Below, one piece after another: positions 27,135-40,119 of a DNA stretch of 64,000 nucleotides (position 1 is its first letter; the number at the start of each line of letters is the position of its first letter). The notes beneath the pieces are model-generated. The model was not told the DNA's origin and made no database searches. It saw only the letters and a program-made list of their open reading frames with translations. A program made the translations under genes and the position numbers. Origin of the DNA: Octopus vulgaris (lineage: Eukaryota); NCBI GenBank assembly GCA_951406725.2, contig OX597827.1:33666001-33730000 (forward strand), written 5' to 3'.

Positions 27135-27660
27135 TCAGTTGCAGTATCCACACCTGCTGGCATCTTTGCGCCTCGCCTCTTCCACCTCTTTCACTCTTGT
27201 TTGTTGTTGTTGCCGTTCGAAACAAGACTTAAGGAGGGAAGGAAAGAGCATGTTTTGTCTGCATCCAGATATCTGTAGCCAAGCATGACGACACTCACTG
27301 AACGACAACGGAACGTCATTTGTCACGCTCGGCCTGCTGCTTACAGTTCAGCCTGTCGGGACACAACTTACTGGAGGATGTGTGAAAGAAGTTAAAGCGT
27401 TAGACATTTTTTTGAGAAAATGTAAATGTTAATTGCAAAACCAAAAATGTAAGTAAAACAATAAATAACGAAGAGAGTTCGCCGAAAACTCACATCTTTG
27501 ACGCTCCGTGTGTGTACCGGGAGGAAGTTTGTCCTCCATATTGGTCACATGACAGGTGAAATGCCGATTAACTCCGCTCGACTCGGCTGGACCTCGACTC
27601 GAGGCAGACTCACTCCCTCTCTCCTTCACTCAAGCTTTGCTTTCTATCACGTAATCCTCT
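27135..27660 (-). promoter_or_regulatory. Candidate promoter / first non-coding exon
   Basis: Unique, relatively GC- and CpG-rich island with a GTCACATGAC E-box near 27544. Possible minus-strand donor CCA|GTAAGT near 27365-27370. Flanked by (GA)n and CT-rich tracts. Confidence 0.35.
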
Positions 27661-30587
27661 CTTTCACCCTGAACACCCCCACTCAAGCTTCCTTTACTAT
27701 TAATCCCCTCTTTCACGCAAGCTTTCCTTTCTATCAATTTTTTTCTTCAGCTACTCTTTTTTCTCCGCTTATTTTGGTAGCTTTTTGATTATTTATTTCA
27801 TTCTCGTACATTTCTCTATATTTCACTTATTCCTTTTTACCCCTCATATTTTATCTTTTGAATAATTTTTCCCTCTTTTCAGATGAATTGTTTTGACACT
27901 TATTTCATCTATTCCTCTCTATCTACAACTTGTTTCTTCCTCAGCAGTCTCTTCTTTTCTCTCATTCTCCTTATCTTTAGCAGACAATTATAATTTCCGT
28001 TATTAAAAATAAAATCTAATCCCTGATCACCTCTCGCACTGTGTCTCTCACTCTAGTTTTTTCTTTCTTTTTCATCTCACGCACTTTCCGAATGGTCTCT
28101 TGTTTCTCTTTAACATTCTATTTCATTTCTCTGCGAATCCTTCCCATTTTCTCCTTCTTTCCTCTCTCTTTCCTTAATATCTCTTAATTTCGACTACTTT
28201 CTTTTAGTCTTCTCATTTCTCTCTCTCTCTCTTCCACACACATATCTGTATATATATATATATATCCATCATTCTCTCTTCTGACATATAACTTACCTTT
28301 TCTATTTCTTCCCCCTTTTGCTCTCTCCCTTCACTTGCAATTTTACTCTTCCATTATTTTCACTTACATATGCTTCTTATCCTCTCCCGCCGCAATTTCC
28401 ATGGCCCTTCCTCTCACTACAACTCTCTCTCTCTTTCTATGTGTGTGTGTGTGTGTGTCCGACTATCTTTCCTCTCTATCTCTCTTGTCAAGTTTCCTTT
28501 CTCTCTCTTCTCAACCACTATCCAGTATTATTTCTCCCTTTCTTTGTCTCTCATTCACTCGCTCTCTCTCTCTCTCCTCCTTCCCCTTCTCATGTTTCCC
28601 ACGGTTACCTCCACTTAAGTGTTTAATTTTTGTTTTCCACACTCTCTCATTCTTTGTCTCCCTCTTTTCACAATTCCCCCTCCTTCAATTCTTTCTCTTT
28701 CATTTTCCTATCACTAATCCATCAACATCTGTTTATCTCCTTGATTTCGTACTAAACCATGCCATCCTTCCTTGGATAGACAAGAATTTTATTAGACTGT
28801 TTACCATAATTTGTTACACAATCTTCTTAGACTTGACATCTATTTTCTATTATTAACTTAGACGTTTATTCCTCCGCCTTCTCCCTTCTCCTGACACACA
28901 CACACACATACACACTCTCTATCTCTCACTCTATTTCTCTTTCTCTCCTACTCTATTTCTCTCGCTCTCTCTCTTTGCATTCATTTCTCTGTGTATCGCT
29001 TTCTATGTACATATTTACTCCCCTTCTCAACATGACTTCACTCATCGTCCCTATTTATTTCTCTGTCTGTTCCACCCTCTCCTCCATCACGTGCCTTCAT
29101 CTTTGATTCTCCATATATTCCCCTCTTTTTTTTTTATTGTAAACCTCCCGTCCCTTTTTCCACTACATTACATAAATTCAGTCCACGCACATGTTTCCCG
29201 ACACAGTAATCTTAATACATAGATTTATTGACAGATCATATATATATATTTATATTTATCGTGTATATTTGTTTATATTGAATTATGTATGCATGTGTAT
29301 GTGTGTGCATGCAAATCCATTTGTATTTACCTGCTTCTATGTGTATGAATATGAATCTATCTATCTAGATAGAATATAGATAGCTAGTCAGCTGGAGATG
29401 TCTTCCTGAGGCTACAAGCTACAGTAGCATCAACCCTTAAGGGTTAGTCACATTTAGGTGGCAAATATACTTCACAATATATATATACAGTAACTCACTT
29501 TTTCGATTGGGGTTAAGTTCTACATTCAAAATTATGTAACAAAACAAAGTATCTGACTTAACACACACACAGATATATATATCCAATCTGACTATAAGAA
29601 ATTTCTTTTATACACTGCTGGTCACAATAAACTTCTAATTTTCCCTAGATTGTTTTTTCCGTACGAAAGGCAACCATGCCGCTTCCCGCAAGGCGCTTGA
29701 AATTGTATTTTATGTAATAAAAACATGCTGGAATTTCAATATTTATGTGTAACAATATTTTAAAATATAAAAAAAGAAATATTTCAAACTGAAATCCCCA
29801 TTTACAGAAAAATTAAAAAAAGAAAATGTCTCACTATATATTCACGATTGATTTTATTCCATGTTCAAGCTTATATGGTAACAAATAGCATTGATATTTC
29901 GAAATTTATTTTCCATGCCCAATTTTTTAAACTGTAAATGCACACAAATATGCAGGTTTTATCGCATAAACCACAGGTGTCTATATTTATCCTTTCCAGA
30001 GCGGAGGGGGTAAATAAAAAGTGAAACCGAAGCATCTGTACTCCAAAATTTGGTTACCATGTAAAGTATCCAATTCTAATTATTATATATCAATTCATAG
30101 CTAGGATGCTTAAAAGGAATACTAAAAGTATTTAACTGGGACTATACTTTAGCGACCCTAATCCGAAGTTTTGATATACGGGCATTTGTTCTACGTTCTA
30201 ACGATTCTGCTAATTCACCGTCTTCTGTAAAATAACGGTTTCTTATTCATGCATGAATTCAGGAAGGTAAAATGCGAAGTTGTTACTTTAAAGCTTTCTC
30301 AAAAACATTAATAACGAAATCGATGAAAAGCAGTTCCAACTGAGAACTTACAAACGAGTTACAATTGTTCAATCGGTATTTAACTGCCACATTAAGGCAG
30401 ACGGCGTAGAACCGCGTGTAAGCTTAATATTATTTAACAGGACACACGCACATGCGCGCGCACACATCTTACATAATAAAATGTCACAGATGCAGTGTTA
30501 GACATTAAGCTGTTGCAAAACCAAGTCTGTAACTTCGGTTTGATTCTCGTTGCTATTTTGACTTAATCCGACAATGACGGAAATGTG

Positions 30588-31002
30588 GGATCTTTTCAGT
30601 TTGAACGGCAGTTTTTAACATAATTTCTAGGTAACTAAAAAATTTTAAACTTCGTATACTGGTAGAATGTGTTTATAAAACATCTTTTTCTCTTGGCTTT
30701 ATTGAGAAAATTCTATTGTATGTAAGATATTTGTTGTTTTTTTTTTTCTTCAATTTCTGCAATTTCAACCAATCACTGACGTCTATTGAGTTAAAAACTA
30801 TTCGTGTGAATATGTCCCTCGTTTAAGAAACAGATTGGGTTTATTTACATTTCTAAAGAAAAAAAGATACCCTTCCCCCATCCCTCCAACCCTAACCCTA
30901 AAAGAGATTGAAATGCAATAGATCGATTCTAGGGTCATAATTATGGGTGACAATTTCATATGGCACCGCTAGAAAAAACTGCCGTTCAAACCGAAAAGAT
31001 CC
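30588..31002 (+). mobile_element. Merlin-type MITE, family M1, copy 1
   Basis: TIR GGATCTTTTCAGTTTGAACGGCAGTTTTT / AAAAACTGCCGTTCAAACCGAAAAGATCC. The 8-bp TSD is GAAATGTG / AAAATGTG (7/8). Internal CCCTAA repeats. Confidence 0.9.
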
Positions 31003-32039
31003 AAAATGTGTTAAAACGTCAAGAATCCCATTATCCACTGTTCCAGGTTAATTGGAGTTGGATATGTCTAAATTCGATGTGTCAAGAAATTGCGAACCTA
31101 TCGCATTGAAACGTGGGATTAACAACATCATACTTCAAATTTGTGACGAAGGTGCAAATTTGATGTAATTTATAAAGTAAAATGGGAAATCCAAGAAAAG
31201 TGACAACAACTTCTGTTGACAATAATTACAGGAAAAAAAAGAAATGGTACAGACAACCATAGCTAGCTGAGTAGTAAGAAGTTTGTTTCCCACCCACAAG
31301 GTTCCAGGTTCAGTCACACTCATGGCACCTTGGGCAAGTGTCTTCTACTATAGCCTTGGGCTGAACAAAGCCTTGTAAGTGAACTTGGTAAAGGAAAACT
31401 GAAAGAAGCCTATTGTGTATGTGTGTGTGTGTGTGTATGTATGTATATATATATATATGTATGTATGGTGATGCAAACAGGAAAAGTAGCATTCCAAATA
31501 TGAGTATATGTATATTTTTATTAATATTTAGCAGAAGCAACTCAAGGACCAAGGAGTTTTTTTTTGTGTTGCCAACTCATGAAACTTTTGCCCCTTAACT
31601 CTGATGCTTTTACTAAATATCAATGTTTATATATAAATCTCTTGGAGTGGTTGGTGTTGGGAAGGGCATCCAGCTGTAGAAACTCTGCCAGATCAGATTC
31701 GAGTCTGGTTCGCCAGATCTCAGTCAAATCGTCCAGCCCATGCTAGCATGGAAAGCAGTCGTTAAACGATGATGATGATAAATAAATATATGTGTGTGTG
31801 TGTGTGTGATTCACCCATGGCAGTGGGTGAATATATTAAAGATCAACTTTTAGTTACTTGCGAGCACTTATATGCTTCGTCACTAATTCAGTTCTCAACC
31901 AAATTGAATGTGTTTGTGTGTAATTTTACCAATGATACTCTGGTCCTAAGCTACATTTTGAGATCAGAAAATTCAAATTTGGTTCATTAAAAAAGAAATT
32001 AGGTTAAAATATGTGAGCTCAAAATGGGAGAGTAAGGCG

Positions 32040-32820
32040 AAAAATTGACTTTGAATCAAGATATATCTTATTTTAAAAGAAAAATTTAGATTAATTGGGT
32101 TTAAAAGAGTGTGCCCATTGAGAAAAATCTTTTGGTGAAAACCTCATTAAAAAGTATGAGCTAGGAAAAAAGTTATGTGACCTTAAGTGACAAAAAAATA
32201 GCAACCCCCAAAATTGACATTGAATCAAAATATCTCAGCGATGTTGAAGAAAACTATACAATAGTTGTATTCAAATGAAAGAGCTCTATGAAATGAACCT
32301 TATGGTGAAAACCTTGTCAAAAAAATATTAGCTACAAAAAGAGTAGTGTGGCTTTAAATGACCGGGAAAAAAGGTAATCATTTTAACATTGTCATTTTAA
32401 GACATTTTAGCATTATAAAAGATAGTATCTGATGTCAAGGGCCACTTAGCTTAATGGTAGAGAGCACTTAACCCAAGTTTGAACAATATGGGTTTGACTC
32501 TCTGTAGTGGCTTCCCAGCCACTTTTTTTCTGTTTTTTTTAAAGAATATTTGACTAATCTTTTAAGCTGTTTTCACAGCTATTCTGTATTCAGGGCTTAC
32601 CTCAAAGTAAAAGAGCTCTATGCGAAGAATCTCATGGTGGAAATTTTGTCAAAACATGAGCTACAAAAAATGTTGTGTGGTTTCAAGTGATAAAAAAAAA
32701 GGGTAATTTCAAGAAATCAAAATATTTGTGTCTTTTTAAGAGAAAAATAATATAATTTGAGCTGAAATAAAAAGTGTTTATTGAGATGAATATTTTTGAG
32801 AAAACTTCATCTTAGATTAT
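32040..32820. repeat. Degenerate array of about 160-170-bp units (probable DNA-transposon subterminal repeats)
   Basis: Recurring AAATTGAC.TTGAATCAA, AAAGAGCTCTATG...TGGTGAAAACC and ATGAGCTACAAAAA blocks at about 32040, 32210 and 32600. Confidence 0.6.
32440..32513 (+). pseudogene. tRNA-like (Pol III) pseudogene
   Basis: Acceptor-like stem GGCCACT/AGTGGCT, A box TAGCTTAATGGTAGAG, B-box-like GGTTTGACTC, and T7 at 32523-32529. The anticodon arm is not well formed. Confidence 0.55.
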
Positions 32821-33676
32821 TAAGCATAAAAATAGTTCTGATTTTTTGCAATTTCGTATTAATTTTTATTATTCTGTTTATGTATTAAAATATGTACATA
32901 TTAAAACATTAAATTAAATATTTTATTTATTTAAGAAATTAATCTTATATTATAAAAGAGAAGCTGACCTCTGTCACAACATCTATTAGAGAAGGGAAGG
33001 AAAAGTTGTTGAGAGAGAAATACAATGAGTGAGTGAGAAAGGGTGTGTGTGTATGTGATAGATAGATAGATAGATAGATAGACAGTTAGGTATTGTTGTC
33101 ATCATAATAAGTAACAAATTTTGATTAGAAATACAGTAATTTTCAGTGCAAGTCTGTCAATACAATGCAACACAGACTTAAAAAAATAAATAAAATAATT
33201 AATGGATATATATATATATATATTTATCCTTTTGGTTGTTTGTGTGTGTTTTGCTGTGTGTCTTTCAACATATAGACAACGCAACACAGACTTTAAAATG
33301 GTGCTCCAGCATGGCCACAGTCAGATGACTGAAACAAGTAAAAGAGTAATATAGATAGCACAACACAAACTTTAAAAAATACTTTCACTTCAACAACGGG
33401 TTGTTGTTGAGTATATCAATACAATCCTTGTAGGTTTCTACTGAAGGATCCATTTAATCTTGACTAGGTCATTACCTGGCAGTATAGCGACAGGTATGGA
33501 CCTAGTTATAAAACAAATATGCTGTTATTCATCCTTTGTTAATTTTAGGTGCCACCAAAATTCCTAAGTTTGAACAAAATCTGTATTTAAAAAAATATTT
33601 GCAATAAGGTCACTTTTTCAATTATAAAGGTAAATATCATAATAATAGAAGTGTAGTCTGGAATAAAAATGGACTA

Positions 33677-35113
33677 GAATGAAAAATGCGGGTACAGAAT
33701 CCGAAAGTATTCTAAAGTACTGAACCTGTAAAAGTATAGAACAACCCTTAGAAAATACAAGACAAGAAGAGCAGAAAAAAAAATATTGAAGTATTGTTGC
33801 TGAAGTTAGAATTTGCTAAATAAATTTCTGAAAATATTCATCAGAAGGAGTGGCTCTGTGGTAAGTAGCTTGTTTACCAACCACATGGTTCCGGGTTCAA
33901 TCCCACTGCGTGGCACCTTGGGCAAGTGTCTTCTACTATAGCCTCGGGCCGACCAAAGCCTTGTGAGTGGATTTGGTAGACGGAAACTGAAAGAAGCCTG
34001 TCATGACAAACCTCATCCGACGACAGACACCCATGCCAACCCCCTCTGCTTGCGAAGACATGTTGGGGCAAGCGAAATCGAAACCGAATTGAACCAGCCA
34101 GGATCCCTGGTCTGGTGGTACGTAAAAAGCACTATCCGACTCGTGGCCGATGCCAGCGCCGCTTCGACTGGCTTCCATGCCGGTGGCACGTAAAATACTC
34201 CAATCCGACCGTACGACAGGCACCCATGCCAACCCCCTTTGCTTGTGAAGACATGTTGGGGCAAGCGAAATCGAAATCGAAATCGAATTGAACCAGCCAG
34301 GATCCCTGGTCTGGTGGTACGTAAAAAGCACTATCCGACTTGTGGCCGATGCCAGCACCGCCTCGACTGGCTTCCGTGCCGGTGGCACATAAAATACACC
34401 AATCCGACCGTGGCCGTTGCCAGCCTCGCCTGGCACCGGTGCAGGTGGCACATAAAAAGCACCCACTACACTCACGGAGTGGTTGGCGTTGGGAAGGGCA
34501 TCCAGCTGTAGAAACATTGCCAGATTAGACTGGAGCCTGGTGCAGCCTTCTGGCTTCCCAGAACCCCGGTCGAACCGTCCAACCCATGCTAGCATGGAGA
34601 ACGGACGTTAAACGATGATGATGATGATGATATATATGCGTGTGTGTGTTTGTCCCCCTAGCATTGCTTGACAACCAATGCTGGTGTGTTTATGTCCCCA
34701 TTACTTAGCGGTTTGACAAAAGAGACCGATAGAATAAGTACTGGGCTTACAAAGAATAAGTCCCGGGGTTGAGTTGCTTGATTAAAGGCGGTGCTCCAGC
34801 ATGGCCGCAGTCAAATGACTGAAACAAGTAAAAGAGTAAATAGTGTAAACTTGCAGGCAATTAGTCTTTTCAGTAGAATTGAAAATGAATAGCTTCTTGA
34901 CTATTTAGATTTAAACTTTGTAGTAAAAATTAAAAAAATATAAAAGGGCATTTATTACCATTTTCGTTTTTAAATTCTAACTTCAGCAGCAATATTTTAA
35001 TTTTTTTTCTTCATGTTCTGTTCTTTTCCAGGAAAAATTACTGCTTGTTCTGTACTTCTCCAGGTTCAATACTGAAGAATATTTTAGGATCCTGTGCCCG
35101 TAATTTTCATTCT
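33677..35113. mobile_element. Old long-TIR MITE/foldback element containing nested SINE and RTE insertions
   Basis: About 33677-33825 is an imperfect inverted copy of about 34972-35113 (AGAATGAAAAATGCGGGTACAGAATCC vs GGATCCTGTGCCCGTAATTTTCATTCT; GCTGAAGTTAGAATTT vs AAATTCTAACTTCAGC). Confidence 0.7.
33846..34840 (+). mobile_element. SINE family A split by an RTE 3' UTR insertion (34003-34630)
   Basis: The SINE 5' half ends GAAAGAAGCCTGTC at 34002 and the 3' half resumes after the (GAT)n tail at 34631. The insert has an internal tandem duplication of about 200 bp and matches 61960-62225. Confidence 0.9.
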
Positions 35114-35546
35114 TGTGTGTGTGTGTTCTGTGTGTTTGTCACCCACCACCGCTTGACAACAAGTGTTGGTGTATTTACGTCCCTGTAATTTAGCGGTTCG
35201 GCAAAAGAGACCGACAGAATAAGTATCAGGCTTTAAAAAAAATAAGTACTAGGGTTAATTCATTGGACTAAAATTCTGAGTGCCCCAGCATGGACGCTGT
35301 CTAATGACTGAAACAAGTAAAAGATAAAAGACAATAGGACAATAGAGACCATTCTTCCTGTTGATTGAAGATCGAGGTTACTTCGGTACATTATCTGAAA
35401 TTATTGATAACGTACCGATATTACCGTCCTGTCAACAGCTGACGAGGGAACAAGTATTTTTCATACCTGTGTCTTGTCCTGTGCACTTTACCTGTTGACT
35501 GCGCTTATTTTTTTCTTCCGTCTTATCGTGAGATTGGCAACAATTA

Positions 35547-36050
35547 AGGCGGCGAGCTGGCAGAAACGTTAGCACGACGGGCGAAATGCGCAGCCGTATT
35601 TCGTCTGCCGTTACGTTCTGAGTTCAAATTCCGCCGAAGTCGACTTTGCCTTTCATCCTTTCGGGATCGATAAATTAAGTACCAGCTACGCACTGGGGTT
35701 GGTATAATCGACTTAATCCGTTTGTCCCCTCTGTGTTTAGCCCCCTTGTGGGCAGTAAAGAAATAGATATTTCGTCTGCCGTTATGTTCTGAGTTTAAAT
35801 TCCGCCGAGGTCGACTTTATCTTTCATCCTTTCGGGGTCGATAAATTAGGTACCAGTTATGCACTGGGATCGATGTAATCGACTTAATTTCTTTGTCTGT
35901 CCTTGTTTGTCTCCTCTATGTTTAGCCCCTTGTGGCAATAAAGAAATAAGAATCGTTACCGCGCCGGAATAAAAATGGTTAGCGATATTTCTTCTGACCT
36001 AACGTTTCGCCTTCAAATTCCGCCGAGGTCGACATTGTCTTTCATAAGTA
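35547..36050 (+). mobile_element. Young SINE family B, tandem multimer
   Basis: AAGGCGGCGAGCTGGCAGAAACG head with CpGs intact. The core repeats at about 35600, 35768 and 35985. Confidence 0.88.
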
Positions 36051-37299
36051 CTAGTCAATTAAATAAGTAACCCCAATTCGCTGGAAACCAATATTATGGT
36101 AACAATTAAGAGAGTTTGAAAGGTTTAATTATTGCTATGAATGAAGAATTTAACGGTCAGGGCTCTCGCTCCTTTTGTCTGAGAAAAGATAAAGTGGTAT
36201 CAGTCGCTTTGTGGAGCTTATATAAGATGACGAACTTCAAGGACTCATAAGGGTAACCCCCAAAATAACTTTTATTTTTTTTATTAAACCATATAAAAAG
36301 TTAGTTTTGAGTTAATTATCTTGAGAGTGTATGTCATTTTTATAAGCTTATTTATACTACAATACGTAATACACATGGAAAAAAAAATCATGTGTAGACA
36401 CGTACACACGACATGCGCACGAAAAATCGACACTGCCGAGTTTTATATCCTGAGGACACTACATTTTACTCTCAGCGTCTTCCTTCATCCGTTTTATCGT
36501 ATTGTATTTTAGCATCTATGATCTGGATCACCGGAAACATTAAAAGAAAAAGAACAAAAAACGCCAGATATCCACTTAACGCCAGCTTCTGACTGCCCAC
36601 AGGTCCATGTGGTCAGGAAGCTGGTAGAGACATGGGCGTGACTGGATGCATTCAACACCGCCGCCCTTCCTCTTTTCCTGCGACCTTTGTTGTATGAAGA
36701 AGCCAAGAGCACTTTTATAAAGCAATGCTTTAGGACTACTTAATCTGACAGAAGGGCGAGTCACACAACAAGGCTGACTAGCAAGCAGACAATATCAAGA
36801 CAAGCCGCTAGGTAGGCAGCCAGACAACATTGACTGACATATTTATACATACACACGCATGTCACTTCTCCTCCTCTCTCGTATCCTTCTTTCCCCCCTC
36901 CCTTCCTCTCATGACGGTTGAATGGTAGATGACATAAACATTAGGCAAAATATATTTTAAAAGTGAACATCTTTAATGTAAACTCTTAGTGGCAATAAAA
37001 CTTATACATGAAAACGTCATGGTAGCCTTTTGAAACACACACCCGACACATTTATAGTTGCTTTGTCGTATCAAGATAAACCGAAGAGAGAGAAAAATAT
37101 GGTCAAAAAAGGAATGACGCTGTAAGGGTAAGCAAATGGGAAACGGGAATTTTCATCAGCAATAATCAACAGTTATTTTATTTGACGGCGAAAGAAAAAT
37201 TCATCTTATTTTGACTTAAATGTAATTTACCAGAATTGCAATAATCGGAGTGGAATGTGAACTATGATCTGATAATCTTGATGTGGTACGGACAGCTTT

Positions 37300-38250
37300 T
37301 TAGGTTTCAGATACCGTTAAGCATTAATTGTTTATCCTTGTTACACCCGAAAGAAGTATTAACTTTTATTTGAGGTTCTGTTGCCCCAGAAAATTCCGAA
37401 ATCATTTTTGTGCACTATCTATGATAACTAGTTAAACTCCATTAAAACACTTTCGGTCGGTGAATATTCAAAACAACGCAACACAAGGCTCATTGCTCCC
37501 ACATAAATGGTCATTGAGTCTGTTAATAAATATATAAGAGCTATTCAGATCCTTAGCTTAGGTTGTAACATGAAAAATGTCACGGCTGACACAGATGAAG
37601 AATATATTCGCGATTCATTCATAGCTGGAATCATTTCTGCTCGGATACAAGCTAGAATCTTGGAAAACAAAACTCAAGCCTTAGTGTCAACCGTAAATCA
37701 AGCTGTGTTCAAGAATTAACTGTGGACGATTGGCTTTACTCTTCAAGTATAAAAGGCTCATTCAGAAAATGGCCAGAAGACAATTTTGAATTCTGAGACA
37801 AGTCTGACATTTAAAAGGGGCAAGATTTCTTTTGTGTAGCTAGGCCTCGTCCGAGTCAAAGATGTTATTTCTGCGGGAATTTTTCTGCGACACAATCATA
37901 TTTAATGTCCTAGCCACGACAATAATTGTTTCAAGTATAAGAAAATGGAACACTTTTCAAAGATCTGTAAATCTTAGAAAGAACTGATTAGCGTTTTTAT
38001 TTTCAGCGCAAAACTTGTCTGTATATCTTCTGATTTTATCATAGCCTTAGCCCTTCACGGAACTTCTATAAATGTGTCGTGACATGATACAAGTTTTGAA
38101 AATTTCATCCTTGAATTAGTTGTGCATTTTGAATGTTGTCTACAAAAAACTATAAAAGTATGATAGATGGTTCACCGACTAAGAAATATTGTGAACTAGC
38201 ATTAAAGGTGAAAGACTACACATACTGTCAAATAGACTTCCTCGCATTAG
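37300..38250 (+). pseudogene. Gypsy LTR-retrotransposon gag(-protease) remnant
   Basis: ORF 37507-37719 (ESVNKYIRAIQILSLGCN...EEYIRDSFIAGIISARIQARILENK) is Gypsy gag-like. A degraded CYFCG...HFSKIC zinc knuckle follows. Confidence 0.7.
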
Positions 38251-38255
38251 TGGTG

Positions 38256-38737
38256 TGTAATGTAATGGAACTGGTTAATTCTTCACACTGTTTGGGTGCA
38301 ACCTATTTCCTTTCTTTAATTTCCAGAAACTACCAGTCAGGAACAAGAACGCAACCTTAAAAATATATATACTCTTTATTTCTTATTTGCAAAAGAAGTA
38401 TGTTGAGATATTGGTATCCACTTGGTTCGATATAGCAAGGCTGAACTTTAACATTTGTAAGATTCTTACAACAAATTCAGCAGCAACAGAGCAGGTCAAA
38501 TTCTAAGCGTCTGGGACAGGAGAATGGCTGATCACACGTTTAACACGTCCTTTCTCTTCAATAGCCGTGTCTCAAGTCAACGTCGCTAACAAGGAACGCG
38601 ATAGAATTTTCTTCCCCAGTCTCAAGCGCATGTGCATGAGGGAACTTCCTTAGGTCTTTCCAGAAGGTTCCAGCCCCGCACACGCACACTGAAGAATGAC
38701 GTTGCGTGTGCACACACTGGAAAATGACGTCACTACA
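38256..38737 (-). mobile_element. Probable solo LTR
   Basis: TG...CA termini with a short inverted match (TGTAATG / CACTACA), GGTG on both sides (4-bp TSD), and minus-strand AATAAA at about 38375-38380. Confidence 0.55.
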
Positions 38738-39125
38738 GGTGTCATATGAAATTGTCACCCATAATTATGACCCTAGAATCGATCTATTGCATTTCAATCT
38801 CTTTTAGGGTTAGGGTTAGTTAAGGATGGGGGAAGGGTATCTTTTCTCTTCAGAAATGTAAATAAACCCAATCTGTTTCTTAAACGAGGAACATATTCAT
38901 ACAGCACAGAATGTTTTTTTTACCTCAATAGACGTATTTGATTGGTTGAAATTGCAGAAATTGAAGAAAAAAAAACAACAAATATCTTACAAACTAAAGA
39001 ATTTTCTCAATAAAGCCAAGAGAAAAAGATGTTTTATAAACACATTCTACCAGTATACGAAGTTTAAAAGTGTTTAGTTACGTGGAAATTATTTTAAAAA
39101 ACTGCCGTTCAAACCGGAAAGATCC
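38738..39125 (-). mobile_element. Merlin-type MITE M1, copy 2 (one TIR missing)
   Basis: Reverse complement of M1, ending AAAAACTGCCGTTCAAACCGGAAAGATCC. TTAGGGTTAGGG at about 38804-38815. Confidence 0.88.
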
Positions 39126-39127
39126 GA

Positions 39128-39700
39128 CTAGCACTTAAAATTTGTGTTTTTTAATCTAAACTTGTTAGTTACTATGGTGACAACACTACCTACGGTAACT
39201 ATCTATCTATCCTTCACTCTCTTTCTTTCTTTCTCTCTCTCTCTGTATTTCTCTCTCAGCAACCTGTCATTATAGAGAAATTTTCTTTTTAAAGTCTGTA
39301 GTGCATTGTCTATATGTTGAAAGACATGGAAACACACACACACAAACAAACAAAACGATAACTCTATGTATTACATATACATGTATATATACATATAGTT
39401 ATTTGTTTGAAGTTTGTGTTGCGCTGTGTTGACAAATTTGTACTTAAAATTCCCGCGTTTTTAATAAAAATTTGTTAGTTACTATGGTGACAACACACAC
39501 ACATACACACACACACACACTCTCTCTCTCTCTCTCTCTCTCCCTCTCTCTGTATTAGTTTCTAAACAACTTTTCTTCCCACCCTTCTCACTTTGTGACA
39601 GGGTTTATCTCCTCTTTTGATTTTTCTCTTTCTTCACTCCCTCTAAATAGATGTGACGGACAGACAGGTGGAGATTAGGTTCTCTTTTATAATATGATAG
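39128..39700 (-). mobile_element. Helitron-like repeat, homologous to about 32942-33380 (+)
   Basis: The minus-strand start TCTATCATATTATAAAAGAG...CTGTCTGTCCGTCAC resembles non-autonomous Helitron 5' ends. Internal blocks are shared in opposite orientation with 32942-33380. Confidence 0.45.
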
Positions 39701-40119
39701 AATTTCACCCACAATTCAAACAGAAGAACGAATTCCAATCAAGACGCGAATATCTTAAAATGATGGCCGGAGAACTCCTTGGTGACGAACCTAAAGAAAT
39801 AATTTTAGTATCCAAAAGATAAAAACGGGTAACTCACGAGGATTTTGCGGCATTTGTCCCTTCAAAAAAAAAAAAAAAAAAAGAAAGAAAAAAAAAGAGT
39901 ATAATTTGCTGTCAAGAGTGACAGATTTTCCCATGTAAAACCCACAGAAATGAAACAGTTTTGCGCTCGAACTGTCTAACTTAACTTTTTTAATGTTTTG
40001 TATATATTTTTCTAAGAAAATTTTATTTGGGCCACTGTAACTTTGTTTTTCTTGTTTTCTAGAGACAAACGTTTTAGTTTCGGTCTTACAGTGTTGCATA
40101 TTTCTAATGAATCATGGAC

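Noticed and set aside
35360-35500. Hairpin TCGGTAC...GTACCGA and CTGACGAG as a possible hammerhead
   Set aside because: The elements are not in a consistent order and no GAAA box closes a stem. It is probably a fragment of another repeat.
36500-36830. GC-richer unique segment as a possible exon
   Set aside because: All plus frames contain stops, no motif is recognisable and splice signals are unconvincing.
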